NCBI RefSeq assembly: GCF_004010195.1
Contig: NC_057718.1
Location: 25,237,261 to 25,301,260 of the forward strand
DNA length: 64,000 bases
Reading direction: 5' to 3'
DNA from: Chiloscyllium plagiosum
Taxonomy: Eukaryota
This document shows, piece after piece, positions 63,857 to 64,000 of this stretch. The notes under the pieces were generated by a model. It made no database searches. It worked only from the letters and a program-made list of their open reading frames with translations, and was not told the origin of the DNA. A program made the position numbers and the translations under genes. The stretch's first letter is position 1; the number at the start of each line of letters is the position of its first letter.

Positions 63857-64000
63857 AACATCTTTGCAGTCTTCAAGTTGAGTACAATTAGATATTTAAA
63901 ATGTATTAAGTGATTATATTTCACGATGCATATGTAGTTGTAACTATCTAAACTTTGAAAAGTTTTGTGCCTGAAGAAGTCTTAAGACATATCTAATTGT

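Noticed and set aside
59962..64000. Next WDR64 exon
   Set aside because: No phase-1 acceptor followed by a plausible continuation was found. It probably lies beyond the window.

Overview
Eukaryotic genomic DNA. The repeat content (HE1-type V-SINEs, HER1/CR1 LINEs, DeuSINE remnants, Penelope-like elements) points to a cartilaginous fish, most likely a shark. The assembly has three N-gaps. The window lies inside one + strand gene that I recognise by eye as WDR64. Ten GT-AG exons (2265-2395, 10344-10437, 21040-21146, 36041-36070, 38668-38778, 43878-44092, 48835-48975, 54907-54986, 57923-58062, 59838-59961) splice with compatible phases into a stop-free 1173-nt frame (about 390 codons). The first coding exon and the 3' part of the gene lie outside the window. 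Almost every ORF in the supplied track is a transposon remnant or a chance ORF. The introns hold nested CR1 LINEs (two near full length), Penelope-like elements, Rex1, RTE, two related solo LTRs, a Tc1/mariner-type MITE and many SINEs. The most notable observations are: (1) short Penelope pseudo-LTR insertions that carry minimal hammerhead-ribozyme motifs, each bounded by a 9-17 bp target-site duplication, some of them fold-back; (2) a frame-symmetric 30-nt microexon; (3) a Rex1 insertion whose TSD duplicates the probable branch point of an exon; (4) a 123-bp locally templated inverted copy pasted into a LINE tail. I see no firm evidence of a wholly new biological system. Family names come from motif recognition, not database searches, and repeat boundaries are approximate unless a TSD is quoted.
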